Assembly (NCBI RefSeq): GCF_006345805.1
Contig: NC_043006.1
Coordinates: 14,632,001-14,696,000, forward strand
Length of the DNA stretch: 64,000 nucleotides
Direction: 5' to 3'
From: Octopus sinensis
Taxonomy: Eukaryota
The position numbers and the translations under genes are program-made. How positions within the stretch are numbered: the first letter of the stretch is position 1; every line of letters begins with the position of its first letter. Below the pieces are notes generated by a model, which was given only the letters and a program-made list of their open reading frames with translations, was not told the origin of the DNA and ran no database searches. This document shows positions 49,575 through 61,487 of this stretch, piece after piece.

Positions 49575-51984
49575 GTATTATACCTTGTATGTTTTCCTTT
49601 CATTATGGTAGTATATGAAATATATAATCTTCAACCATACTTACTGAAAACTAATCTTATTAATTTGATACTACTTTGCCAACTCAGTGCACTCAACTGT
49701 TAGCAGAAAACTGGACATTTAAGACACATAGTGTAAATTAGTTGTAGAACTACTGCTGCTAACAGAGAACATGTAGTGTAGACTAAAACTTGAAACAAAC
49801 ATCAACCCATATTGATAAATTAACACAGAATGAGGGTATAGGGATATGTTTTTGTATAGACCCATTTGATGCTAGTTGTTTATTCATTGTTAGCATAGGA
49901 TTTTATTTGGTTTTAACGTTTGGGCATTAATTTCCTCACTAAGATTGTTAATCTGGTTCTTGTATTGAATATTTGTTTGAAGCTTAAAATGGGGAAAAAA
50001 ACTGCATTCTTCTTTTTAAAATTACAAATAGGTGGTGATTTAAAAATATGCACAAAACTTTGTAAGGATGAAGGAAAATAAAATTAATATAGTTGAGTGT
50101 AAGTGAAGGGGACTAGTTAATACAAATTTACCTATGACTGGTTTTGATTCCCTTTTTGTAGCAGTCAGAAAATATCACAGCATTTCTTTTATCATTAAAA
50201 AATTTAAAAAAAGAGAAAAAAAAAACTCCCACTGTACATGAAGTTAAAAATCTGAAATTTTATGATAGTCTGACATATTCTAATGCAATAGAGATAGTGG
50301 AAATATATTCTTAAATCCGCCCCGCCCCACCAATGGTCATTGACTCTTTCAAAGAGTTATTCCTTTCTGAAGGGCAACATATCAATTTTCCTGATCGTGT
50401 TTTATGTTAGGTTGGTTATTTAGTATCTTTCTGTGTTAGCCCAGCCATTCCTTACAACAATTTTCAACAATTCATCCTGGTTTGTAATCATATCCACTTA
50501 AAATTATTTTGGTTTGTAATTATATCCTTTTAAAGTTATTTTGGTTGTTGTTGAGCCTCAGGTCAGCATAGATCTAGAGTATTTTCTACCTGTTGTATAA
50601 AAATACATGTCTTGGAACAAACATCCAATGAAGAGTTACTCAAGATTTTCACTGGATAAACCCCATACTCAGCTTAGTGGGTCTGTTTCTTACTCAAGGG
50701 TATCATTTTTCAGGTTTTACATGTATGAAAATCTGGTTTTGTAGTATTGCAGTTATCTTTCCTTCAGTTTCAATTTCCAAGCTGAGGCTGAAAATTCTAC
50801 TTGGTCCTTCCTACATAAAACTTTATATTTTTGTCCTTTGATCTTTACTATCTCCTGCCCCTGTAATTTTCTTTTTTGCTGCTTGATTGATAAGACCTAT
50901 GATCAAAGGTATTCCAGCCATGACCATCTCGTCTTTTATTTAAACTTAGTGTTTCTAGGGCCACATAATGCCTTCTTTTTAAAGAATGTTGGTGTAATTT
51001 GAGGGAGATTTAGTTGTTATTTCTAGGAAGATGACATTATTGAAGCACCATCTTTTTAATGGCATATTGTTTTGACATTTTTCTGTTTAACCCTTTAGCA
51101 TTTAAACCGGCCATATCCGGCCAAAAGTATTCTGCCTGTTTTATGTTCAAACTGGCCAGATCTGGTCTCTCACACCAACCCTACAATATCATTTTAAAAA
51201 TTAACAGCTATCTCATCAAAATTTCACAGCTACAAGATAATGCAGGATTAGTTCAAAACAATGTGGATAAAAAAGGATTAATTTTGGTAGAATAATGTGA
51301 ACACTAAAGGATTAAATTTTCATTTGTTTTTAAAATTTTGCTTTCTTTTTATAAGAAAATTTGAGCCTTATATTTGTAGATAAAAAGCTCTTTGGAATAA
51401 ATATCCAAATTTAGTATTATTTGAATATTTTTAATTGGAACTTGTCTTATTTATTGTAGCCTTTTATAATTTGACAGTGTTAGCCACTTTATGGAGTGGA
51501 GTTGGCTATTGATTTTAGTATGTTAACAAATGCAGTGATGTCATCAAGAATAAGCCTTTCCTTATGAAAGACAGGCTGTGTTTTATAGCCCTTTAGAACT
51601 GAATTTTACTTCTGATATCCTTTTTACAGCTATCTTATTCAATTGTTGCTGCCAAATTCGATTTAAATTGAGACCAGAAATGTTATTTTTGAATTTATAG
51701 TAATCATAATTTTAATTCATTAAAGATTATTTGTTTTTATTTTTTGTTAGAAAGTTATTTTGGAAAAGAACTCCTCCCTATGTTTTGGCCTTCGCCAGTA
51801 CATAATCATCATCGTTTAACGTCCGTTTCCCGCGCTAGCACGGGTTGGACGGTTCGACCGGGGTCTGGGGAGCCAGGGGCTGCCCCAGGCTCCAGTCTGG
51901 TCTGGCAGTGTTTCTACAGCTCGATGCCCTTCCTAACGCCAACCACTCCGCGAGTGTAGTGGGTGCTTTTTACGTGCCACCTGC

Positions 51985-52320
51985 ACAGGTGCCAGAGGGG
52001 TCTGGCATCGGCCACGATCGGTTGGTGCTTTTTTATGTGCTACCGGCACAGAAGCCAGTCAAGGCGGTGCTGGCATCGGCCACGTTCGGATGGTGCTTTT
52101 TATGTGCCACCGGCACAGAAGCCATTCGAGGCAGGGTTGGCATCGGTCACGTTCGGATGGTGCTTTTTATGTGCCACTGGCACAGAAGCCAGTGGAGGCT
52201 GCACTGGCAACGGCCACGTTCGGATGGTGCTTTTTATGTGCCACCGGCACAGAAGCCAGTGGAGGCTGCACTGGCAACGGCCACGTTCGGATGGTGCTTT
52301 TTATGTGTCACCGGCACAGG
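51985..52320 (-). repeat. 67-bp minisatellite inside an RTE 3' UTR copy (second block at about 52405-52610)
   Basis: CACG(T/A)TCGG recurs at 52013, 52081, 52148, 52215 and 52282. Confidence 0.93.
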
Positions 52321-53663
52321 TATCACAACTGCTGTTTACATTGATATTTTGGTTCGATGCACTTGACTCAACAGGTCTCCTCAAGCACAGCGAGATGTTC
52401 CGGGATCCCACGATCGGTTGGTGTGTGCCACCTGCACAGAAGCCATTCGGGGCGGGGTTGGCATCGGTCACGTTCGGATGGAGCTTTTTATGTGCCATTG
52501 GCACAGAAGCCAGTGGAGGCTGCACTGGCAACAGCCATGTTCGGATGGTGCTGGCGGGGTTGGCATCGGTCACATTCGGATGGAGCTTTTTATGTGCCAC
52601 CGGCCCAGAATGGCAGATAGAATTAAACCAAAAACTAATTCCTTGCAATACTAAATTTTTAAAATGCTTCTTATAAGTAAAATGCTTTATCATGTCTTTT
52701 TCATTTTTTTTTTGTCCATAACTAAAACTGTGAAGGCGCGTGGCTTAGTGGTTAGGGTGTCAGCATCATGATCGTAAGATTGTGGTTTCGATTCCTGGAC
52801 CGGGCAACACGTTGTGTTCTTGAGCAAAACACTTCATTTCATGTTGCTCCAGTCCACTCAGCTGGCAAAAATGAGTAATGCTGCGATAGACTGGCGTCCC
52901 GTCCAACTGGGGAACACATACGCCATAGAAACCGGGCCAGGCTTTAAAAGGGTGCATTTATTTATTTTTTTATAACTAAAACCAAATCTTTATTTTGTTA
53001 TTAATAAACTCTTCAAAAGTCATTGTTCTTATATTTTACTCAATTGTTTCTCGTTAATGGCTTTTATTCTAATTATCTTATAACATCCCCTTCTTGTAAG
53101 CAGTATAGTTTTTCAGTGAAAGACCTTAATTTATGTTAACAAGCTTCTGTTGAACGCTTGTTCAAAACATTAGCAGCTGAGGTGACATGATATTAGCAAA
53201 GATGATTAATTTAAATGACCAGTTACTAATTTTTTTTTATTATCGTATGGGAATTTCACACTTCATGGTATTAATTTCTTTTTGTTTTCAAAATTAGATC
53301 TTTCATTACCTGATGTCATTTAGTCATGGTGTTGTAATTAGTTTTCATTACAAACTAAATTGGAATCTCTAATATCATTATTATTTTTAGAAATATCAGT
53401 AAAATTTGTGATTTAGTTACATAAAAGCTAATGCTTAATGTTAGTTAATTAATGCTTTCTTCCACTGTTGTTCTTTGAGACCAGACATACCTGCATAAGA
53501 CAAAATGACTGTAGTTGAATAGTTTGTACATAAGAAATAAATTAAGAATCATATTAAACTATTATCTTAATGACTGTGCTTTGTAATAGCTTCAAAACTA
53601 ATAAATTTTGTCTTTTCAGGAACCATTGTTGTATATTATCTTATTTAAATCTTTTCTTTTCAG

Positions 53664-53735
53664 ATTTGGAAATGTTTAGCTGAAAATGCTATATATGTGG
53701 CTGACAGAGAGTCCTGCTTTAAATGGTTTGCTAAG
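53664..53735 (+). CDS. USP9X: USP9X coding exon 17
   Basis: ttttcag| [24 protein letters not shown] |gtaata; 72 nt. Confidence 0.96.
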
Positions 53736-53774
53736 GTAATAATCATTTATTATTATTATTATTACTAATATCAA

Positions 53775-54552
53775 CCCTTTAGCATTCAGATTATTCTGTC
53801 AAAGGTAATGCTTATTTATCCACATGGTTTTCAATTAAAGCATTCAGATTCTTCTGCCAAATGGGCAAGACTTCTGCCCCCTCCTAACTGCCCTTTCTCT
53901 TAAATTTGTTTTTTAGACACAAACCCCACTTTTCAGCTATGGGGAATACGAATCTGCCAAAAAATTTGGCAAAAATCGGCAATTTAAAATCCACCCCCAT
54001 TTCCTTCATTTTTAAACTTTTTTCAGAATTTTTTTTTCTTCAAAATATATGGGAAAATACAGAGATTGATACTGAAAAAATTTCCCAAAATGTTTTTTTA
54101 AGAAGTTTTTTTTCTTTCTAAATAAGCAGAAAAATACAGACATTATGATCCAGACAAACATTTTAAAACATTTCTGTAGTTAGGGGGAAAAAGTCAAAAT
54201 TGAAGAATTTGTGAGTGGGTGGGAATTTAGCAATGCTGATTTTTGGCAATTTTCTGGAATCTCTGTACCCGAAAACGGGCTTTTGGCAAAAAAAAAAAAA
54301 AATTAAAAAATGGCAGGGTGGAGAAAATAGTGGGCGGGGATGGTAGTCTTTCTGCCAAATGTAATGCTTATTCATTCACATTGTTTTAAATTAATCATGC
54401 ATTACTTTGTAGCTTTGAGATTTTGATGATGTGATCGTTTATTTTTGGAATGACATTGTAGGGCAGGTGTGAGAAGTCAGATCTGGTTGGTTTGAGTGTA
54501 ATAAAAAAGAAGAGTATTTGGGTTGGATACGGCTGGTTAAAATGCTAAAGGG
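53775..54552. mobile_element. piggyBac-like MITE containing a nested insertion of about 485 bp (53864-54349)
   Basis: CCCTTTAGCATT...AATGCTAAAGGG+TTAA; the insertion is flanked by TTCTGCCAAATG at 53852-53863 and 54350-54361. Confidence 0.7.
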
Positions 54553-55114
54553 TTAATTGTGTATTATCTCATAGCTGTGGGATTGTGATGAGGTGACTGT
54601 TTATTTATTTAGAGAAACATTGTAGGATAGGTGTGAGAGGCCAGATAGCAGCAAACTTGTAGAATTGTTAATACATTGGACAAAGTGCTTTGTAGTATTT
54701 CTTTCAGTTCTTGAAGTTCTGAATGCAAATCTTGTTGAGTTCGACTTTACTTTGCATCCTTTCGGTGTTGCTCAAATAAAGTACCAGTCAAGTACAGGAG
54801 TCAAATATGCTGGTCTTGTGTCAGAATTTGAAACACCAGGTAGGGGCTAAGCTGGCAGAATCCTCTGAGCATTGGGAGAAATTTATGTAGTGTTTCTTTC
54901 AGTTACTTGCATACTTAGTTCAAATCCTACTGAGGTTAGCTTTGTCTTTCATCCATTTGGAGTTGATAAAATAAAGTACCAGCGGAGTACTAGGTTGAGG
55001 GTCTCAACTAAGTCCCTCTCCTCAAAACTATTGGCTTTGCACTAAAGTTTGAGACCATTATTATAATTTCTATTATTAATGGGAATAGTTCATTAACAGT
55101 GTTGAGACACACCA

Positions 55115-55295
55115 GCACCCATGCTGGTGACATGCTAAAGGCACCCGTGCTGGTGACACACAAAAGGTACCTGTGCTGGTGGCACAGAAAAGGCACTTGT
55201 GCTGGTAACATGTAAAGGCATCCGTGCCGGTAACATGCAAAAGGCACTTGTGCCAGTGACATGCAAAAGGTACCCATGCCGGTGACACACAAAAT
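55115..55295 (+). repeat. 26-bp minisatellite x7
   Basis: GCACCCGTGCTGGTGACACACAAAAG-like units start at 55115, 55141, 55167, 55193, 55218, 55244 and 55270. Confidence 0.85.
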
Positions 55296-56469
55296 GCATC
55301 ATGTGTGTTTTTGTATTTCTCCTCTTTAGTTGTATTTGCTGTTGTAAACATTTATTTCTTTATTGCCCACAAGGGGCTAAACATAGAGGGGACAAACAAG
55401 GACAGACAAAGGGATTAAGTCGATTACATTGACCCCAGTGCGAAACTGGTACTTTATTTATCGACCCCGTTGTTGTAAACAATGGTGTCATTGTTCATGG
55501 GGAATGTGTCATTTGCTTGCAGTCCACTACAAATGCATAACCAGGCTTCTTGAGATGTTTTGACTTGTGCATTCTTTGCAAACAAAAAGGGCTTTGTCTG
55601 AGGGTGTTGTTTGTTTCCAGTTCTCTGTGTAACAATCCTGGGCTGTTATTTAATAGATTGGGAGATTATTATTTTGTTTGAAAGAGATGCTGACATCAGG
55701 AAGGGCATTCAGTTGTAAAAAGTTCTGCCCCAATGTACTCTTGTCTGATCCATGAAAGCTTGGGAAAGATGTTAAAATGATGATGTTGAAGATGGCTTAC
55801 TAAATACGATATAGTAGGTCTTAGTATAAAATTTAAAATTAAAGGCTAGAATCGTTGATTGTAGTTTTTTTTTTTTAAATACCCTTCTTTCAAGAGACGA
55901 CATCATTCATCATCATCATCATCATCGTTTAACGTCCGTTTTCCGTGCTAGCACGGGTTGGACGGTTTGACCGGGGTCTGGGAAGCCAGGGGCTGCACCA
56001 GGCCCAGACTGATCTGGCAGATTTTCTACAGCTGGATGCCTTTCCTAACGCCAACCCCTCCGCGAGTGTAGTGGGTGCTTTTTACGTGCCACCTGCACAG
56101 GTGCCAGGGGGGTCCGGCATCGGCCATGATCGGTTGGAGCTTTTAACGTGCCACCGGCACGGAAGCCAGCCAAGGCGGCGCTGGCAACGGCCATGTTCAG
56201 ATGGTGCTTTTTATGTGCCACCGGCACAGGAGCCAGTCGGGGCGGCGCTGGCATCGGCCACGTTCGGATGGTGCTTTTTATGTGCCACCGGTACAGAAGC
56301 CAGTCGAGTTGGCGCTGGCTATGGCCATGTTTGGATGGTGCTTTTTATGTGCCACCAGCACAGGTATCACAACTACTATTCCCATTGATATTTATTTCGA
56401 TGTCCATGTTCATGTACTTCTTTTATAAATGTGATTTTAAATGAAGTTAATTTTAATGTCTACTTTCAG

Positions 56470-56573
56470 TTAATGGGAGAAGAACCAGATCTTGATCCTG
56501 ATATTACTCGAGATTTTTTTGAGAAAAATATCCTCTTGTTAGATCCTGCTCTTCTTACAGAAAATGGAATGAA
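56470..56573 (+). CDS. USP9X: USP9X coding exon 18
   Basis: ctttcag| [34 protein letters not shown](N) |gtaagt; 104 nt. Confidence 0.96.
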
Positions 56574-57019
56574 GTAAGTTATATTCCTTATTTTTTTTTG
56601 GAAACTTATACATATTGTTGTATTATTTGTGGAAGTATTTAATAATTTGTACATGGTCGTAAAGGTTTTAATCTTGGTGTTTGGAGTTTCCATTCTAAAT
56701 ACGTAAAATTAGCATGTATTGTTTTATATACATGGCTCTGTGGTCTCAAGATTCTTGCTTCCCAACCAAATGGTTTTGAGTTCAGGCCCACTGTGCAGCA
56801 CCTTGGGCAAATATCTTCTATTAGGGCCCCAGGACAACCAAAACCTTGTGAGTGGAAACTGAAAGAAGCCTGTTGTGTGTATGTGATAATGTATGTGTGA
56901 GTGGACATGGCCTTTTGTCTCGACATCACATAATACTTGTATGGTTGTAAATGAGTGTCACAGACATGCAAGTTGTGTTATTTGTTTCCAGTTTTCTATG
57001 ACAAACATGTCTGGCCTTG

Positions 57020-57367
57020 GTGGAAATACCACCTTGCTGGGAAATGAGTGTTGGTGACAGAAAGGGCATCCATCTGTTGAAAATTGTCCAGGGATTCCAT
57101 CCGACCTCTGCAAATCAACAAACGTTGGCGTTAAAAGATATGATGATGGACTTTGGAATAAATTACATATTTTCTAGCTTGATTAGTTATAATGTGGAAA
57201 TACCACCTTGCTGGGAAATGAGTGTTGGTGACAGAAAGGGCATCCATCTGTTGAAAATTTGTCTCAGTGGATTCCATCCGACCTATGCAAGCAACAAAAC
57301 GTTGGCGTTAAAAGATGATGATGATGACTTTGGAATAAATTACATTATTTCTAGCTTGATTAGTTAG
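57020..57367 (+). repeat. 174-bp direct tandem duplication (SINE tail + flank)
   Basis: GTGGAAATACCACCTTGCTGGG starts at 57020 and 57194. Confidence 0.92.
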
Positions 57368-58900
57368 TAATAGACAGATATTATTTGTTATGAACTTTTA
57401 ACTGGTTCATCTGTTAGCTGTCTTCCAGAAATACACATATCTTCTTCTGTTATATATCTTTTGAGAACTTGAATGATGTATTCACTCTTAATATTAACTC
57501 TTGTTACCATATTTCTGTTGAAATACAGTTCTGTTATTTCAGTTAATTTTGAAAGTAAAGAATTTAAGAAAATAACTGTCATTATTAAGCTAGAGTTTGA
57601 AATATAAACTAACTTACAATTTTGATGGAAAGTTTTAACTTTAATCATTGTAAAACATGAAATTTGTATCAGAGAACCAAGATGGTCTCAGGTTGGTACC
57701 TAAAAGGTTAAATTTTAGAAATACTAGTTTACACTGTGGCACCATGTCCTTGTATAATTGATAGTGCAAAAGATCTTATTCTAAATGTAAAGTTGTCATA
57801 TGTTGAAATTATTTCCGGTTACCTATTGAAGGAAGTAAAATGTATAACAAGCACAATTCATACTTTGTTCTTTTTTTTTTATTAAAAATACTTATTAAGC
57901 GTTTACATCGAGAAGGAAAAAGAAAGTTTGATCACAACATTACTTTCTTAGTGTTGACAATACAAATCATTATCATTATCATTTAACATGGGCGAGCGGG
58001 ATCGTTGCCAGAGTGGCTATCTGGCCTCCGTGCCGGTGGCATGTAAAAAACACTGTTCGAGTGTGATCGTTACCAGCATCGCCTCACTGGCACCTGTGCC
58101 AGTGGCATGTGTAAAAGATTCGAGCGAGGTCGTTGCCAGTACCACCTGACTGGCCCCGTGCCGGTGGCATGTAAAAAGCACCCACTACACAGTGGTTGGC
58201 ATTAGGAAGGGCATCCAGCTGTATAAATTCTGCCAGATCAAGATTGAAGCCTGGTGCAGCCATTTGGTTCGCTAGCCCTCAGTCAAATCGTCCAACCCAA
58301 GCTAGCATGGAAAGCGAACGTTAAACGATGATGATGATGGGCCTTATCAGAAAGAGGGTCTGATAAGCTTGAGGACTGCATCGAGCTCCGTCTACTTTGA
58401 CATGGTTTCTAGCTGGATACACTTCCAAATGCCAACCACTTTCCAGAGTGGGTGCTATTTTTCTGGCTCTGGCACTAGTAATGTCACCTGCAAGACAGAA
58501 AAATCTCCTTTGATTGAGTGTGAGTGTAGTAGAGGAAGCTTCATGACAGGTGTTGAAAGGCTAAATCAGGCTTGTGCAACCTGTTTTGAGGAGTGGGCCC
58601 GCTTGAGACATGGTTCATTATCAGGTGGGCAGCATTACTAAAAAAAAATTTAGAAAATGAAATTGAAGATAATTTTTTTTGTTAGGCATGCTATTCAGAA
58701 AGTTCTGTGGTTGCCCATGGCCGAGAGTTAGGAAGAAATGTGTTGTTGTAGAGGAAAGAAATACCTTGCTATCCTGTAACTATGTTGCTGAAATTAATAA
58801 AATTTAAATAAATATGAAATTGTTTTGTTGGTTGACATTTTTTTTTTTTGAAAGACAACTGGACAGTAATTATTATTTTTTTTTGTTTTGTTTTGTTTAG

Positions 58901-59018
58901 TTGTTATGAGAGATTCTTTAAGCATGTCAATTTGAAAGAAAACAAACTCGTAGTCAAACGAAGAGGAGGTCATATGATGAATGATCTAGAACTGATTGGT
59001 TTAGAATATTTATGGAGG
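58901..59018 (+). CDS. USP9X: USP9X coding exon 19
   Basis: gtttag| [39 protein letters not shown] |gtatgt; 118 nt. Confidence 0.96.
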
Positions 59019-59384
59019 GTATGTATATAATGCTGTTATAAGCCTAAGAGATTAAATTATCTTATAAGCATCTTAAAGTATGCAAAAGTTTCTTTTAAAA
59101 ATTATTTTAATGAAATAATGATACACACAGTTTAATGAAATAATTATCTTTTAAAGATCGCATTTAAAAAGACAGTTTTAATTATATTGTTATGTACTGT
59201 TTTCCATGGTTTACTTCTGTAAAATTAATTCATGCTAAAACTATTAATAAGTTTCTTAACACTTAATATGACGGAAAAATTTTAAAGATTATTATTGTTT
59301 ACCTTTATACTTCTTAATTTAGGATATGTTTTGATTTTTAAAAATCAGTATTTTTAATATTTACATATTTTCTTCTATTTTCAG

Positions 59385-59692
59385 GTAATCTTAAACAGTC
59401 CAGAAAGTGTTGCTGAGAAACCTGTTGCTCTCTTAAAGGAAATATTTACTAACCTTGGTCCTCAATTACAACAGAACCATGTAGATATTCATGAAGACTT
59501 CATTCAGACTTGTATAGACCGTCTGAAACCATCTTATGACATTGTTCGTGTGTTAGAGGATGACAAAGAGAGTAAGAATAGAGTTATGCAAGAAGCAATG
59601 CGTATGGTTCGTGTTCTCACTGTACTCAAGGAGTATGTTGCGGAATGTGATGAAGCCTATGGGGAAGAAAGATCAATATTACCTCTGGGAAG
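59385..59692 (+). CDS. USP9X: USP9X coding exon 20
   Basis: ttttcag| [47 protein letters not shown]...[30 protein letters not shown](R) |gtaggt; 308 nt. Confidence 0.96.
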
Positions 59693-59790
59693 GTAGGTTT
59701 TATTTTTATGTCTTTCTCATTCTGTTTGGTTGGTTGGTAAGTTGGAGTGCAATGTTACAAGACAGTTCTTGGATTTTTCGGATCTTTACC

Positions 59791-60586
59791 CTTTGAACAG
59801 CAGATCGAGAAATTAATTTTTTGTAACTAAACACTTTCAAACTTTGGACACTGGCAGAATGTGTCACCTTTTACTCTTAGTGTTGTTGAGAAAAGTTTCT
59901 ATTTTCAAAGTTATTTCGTGTTAAAGTTGTCGTATTTCAGTAATTTCAACCAATCAATGATGTGTAGTCAACTGAATAAAATTACTGCTGTTGTTTGTCA
60001 ACAACAACTATCGGCAGTGTATATTTTGTTTGTCACTGTTATTTATGACATTGTTTGTGCATTTGTACTGGTTTTAGCTTTAGGGGGTTAGGGTTAGGGT
60101 TAAGGTTTTAGGGTTAGAGTTATGGAAAAAAAGTGAAAAATGAAGAAATTGGAGGGGTGGAGTGGGGGCAAAAAAGGTCTTTCCAAAAATTGTTGCTGAA
60201 AAACAGGAAGAAAAACTAAAAGTAGTAGAAATGCACGAATGATTATGGTGGTGCCATGAATTAAACATGTTTCAGATACACTTGTTTATTCATACAAACG
60301 TAACTGAGATGAAATATGTCATAAATAACAGTGACAAATGAAATATACACTGCCGATAGTTGTTGTTGACAAACAACAGCAGTAATTTTATTCAGCTGAA
60401 TACACGTCATTGATTGGTTGAAATTACCGAAATATGACAACTTTAACACAAAATAACTTTGAAAATATAAGCTTTTCTCAAAAACACTAAGAGTAAAAGA
60501 TGTTTTATAGGACACATTCTACCAGTGTAAGAAATCTGAAAGTGTTTAGTTACAAAAAAATTAATTTCTCAATCTGCCATTCAAAG
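59791..60586. mobile_element. Fold-back DNA element with about 260-bp inverted arms and internal TTAGGG-like repeats
   Basis: 59791-60051 is the reverse complement of 60316-60586 at high identity. Confidence 0.92.
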
Positions 60587-60943
60587 AGAAAAGATTCGAT
60601 TTTTCTAGATGAATGTTGATAATAAAATAGGCTAACCTCTGCAGATTAGAGTTAAAGGTTTTTCATTTTTTTCATCCTTCTGTAATTGATAAAATCTGTT
60701 CTTCATTAAATGCTGGGTTTTAATTTTTTTATAATGGATTTTTATGACAGAATATAAGTACAGGTCTGGTTGTGTGGTTAAGAAGCTTGCTTCCCAACCA
60801 TATAATTATAGGTTCAGTCTCAATGTATAGCACCTTGGGCAAGTGTCTTTTATTATAGCCCTGAGCCAGCTAAAATCTTGTGAATGAATTTGTTAGACAG
60901 AAACTGAAAGAAGCCTTTCAGTTTCTGTAAAGCCTTCAGTAAA

Positions 60944-61180
60944 GGCGGCGAGCTGGCAGAAACGTTAGCACGCCGGGCAAAATACTTAACGGTATTTGTT
61001 GTCTTTAAGTTCTGAGTTCAATTTCCAATGAGGTTGGCTGTTGTCTTTCATCCTTCAGGGTTTCGATAAATTAAGATACCAGTTACGCACTGGGGGGTAT
61101 GTATGTAATTGACCTAATTCCTTTGTCTGTCCTTGTTGTCCCCTCTATGTTTAGCCCCTGTGGGCAATAAAGAATAAGAA
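60944..61180 (+). mobile_element. SINE family A (sense orientation)
   Basis: GGCGGCGAGCTGGCAGAAACGTTAGCACGCCGGG...GAGTTCAATTTCC...TTTAGCCCCTGTGGGCAATAAAGAA. Confidence 0.88.
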
Positions 61181-61355
61181 CCACCATACAAGCATTGTTT
61201 GTTTTTCGTCTTCTGAACAACATGTCTGACTATTGGGAAATATTACCCTGCTTGGAAACGGGTGAGGGTTGGTGACAGGTTGGGCATCCAGCTGTAGAAA
61301 ATCTGCCTCGCTGAATTCTCTGTTTGACCCATGGAAGCATGGAAAAGTGACCATT

Positions 61356-61487
61356 AAAAGGATGGTGATGATGACACTGTATTCGCTGTTGAAACAGAGA
61401 TGACTTGCAACTACCTCAGAAAAAAGGATGGTGATGATGACACTGTATTCGCTGTTGAAACAGAGATGACTTGCAACTACCTCAGAA
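61356..61487 (+). repeat. Perfect 66-bp tandem duplication
   Basis: AAAAGGATGGTGATGATGACACTGTATTCGC starts at 61356 and 61422. Confidence 0.9.

Noticed and set aside
51985-52320. CRISPR-like repeat-spacer appearance (also 33490-33650, 36548-36735 and 55115-55295)
   Set aside because: The 'spacers' are homologous to each other, the context is a eukaryotic intron, and there are no cas genes.
51845-52693. Long overlapping ORFs (173 aa, 237 aa and others) with repeated ATFGWCFLCATG / GHVRMVLFMCH peptides; similar ones at 5990-6286, 28204-28687 and 55945-56444
   Set aside because: Products of the stop-poor 67-bp RTE UTR minisatellite read in rotating frames; no splice or codon support for a gene.
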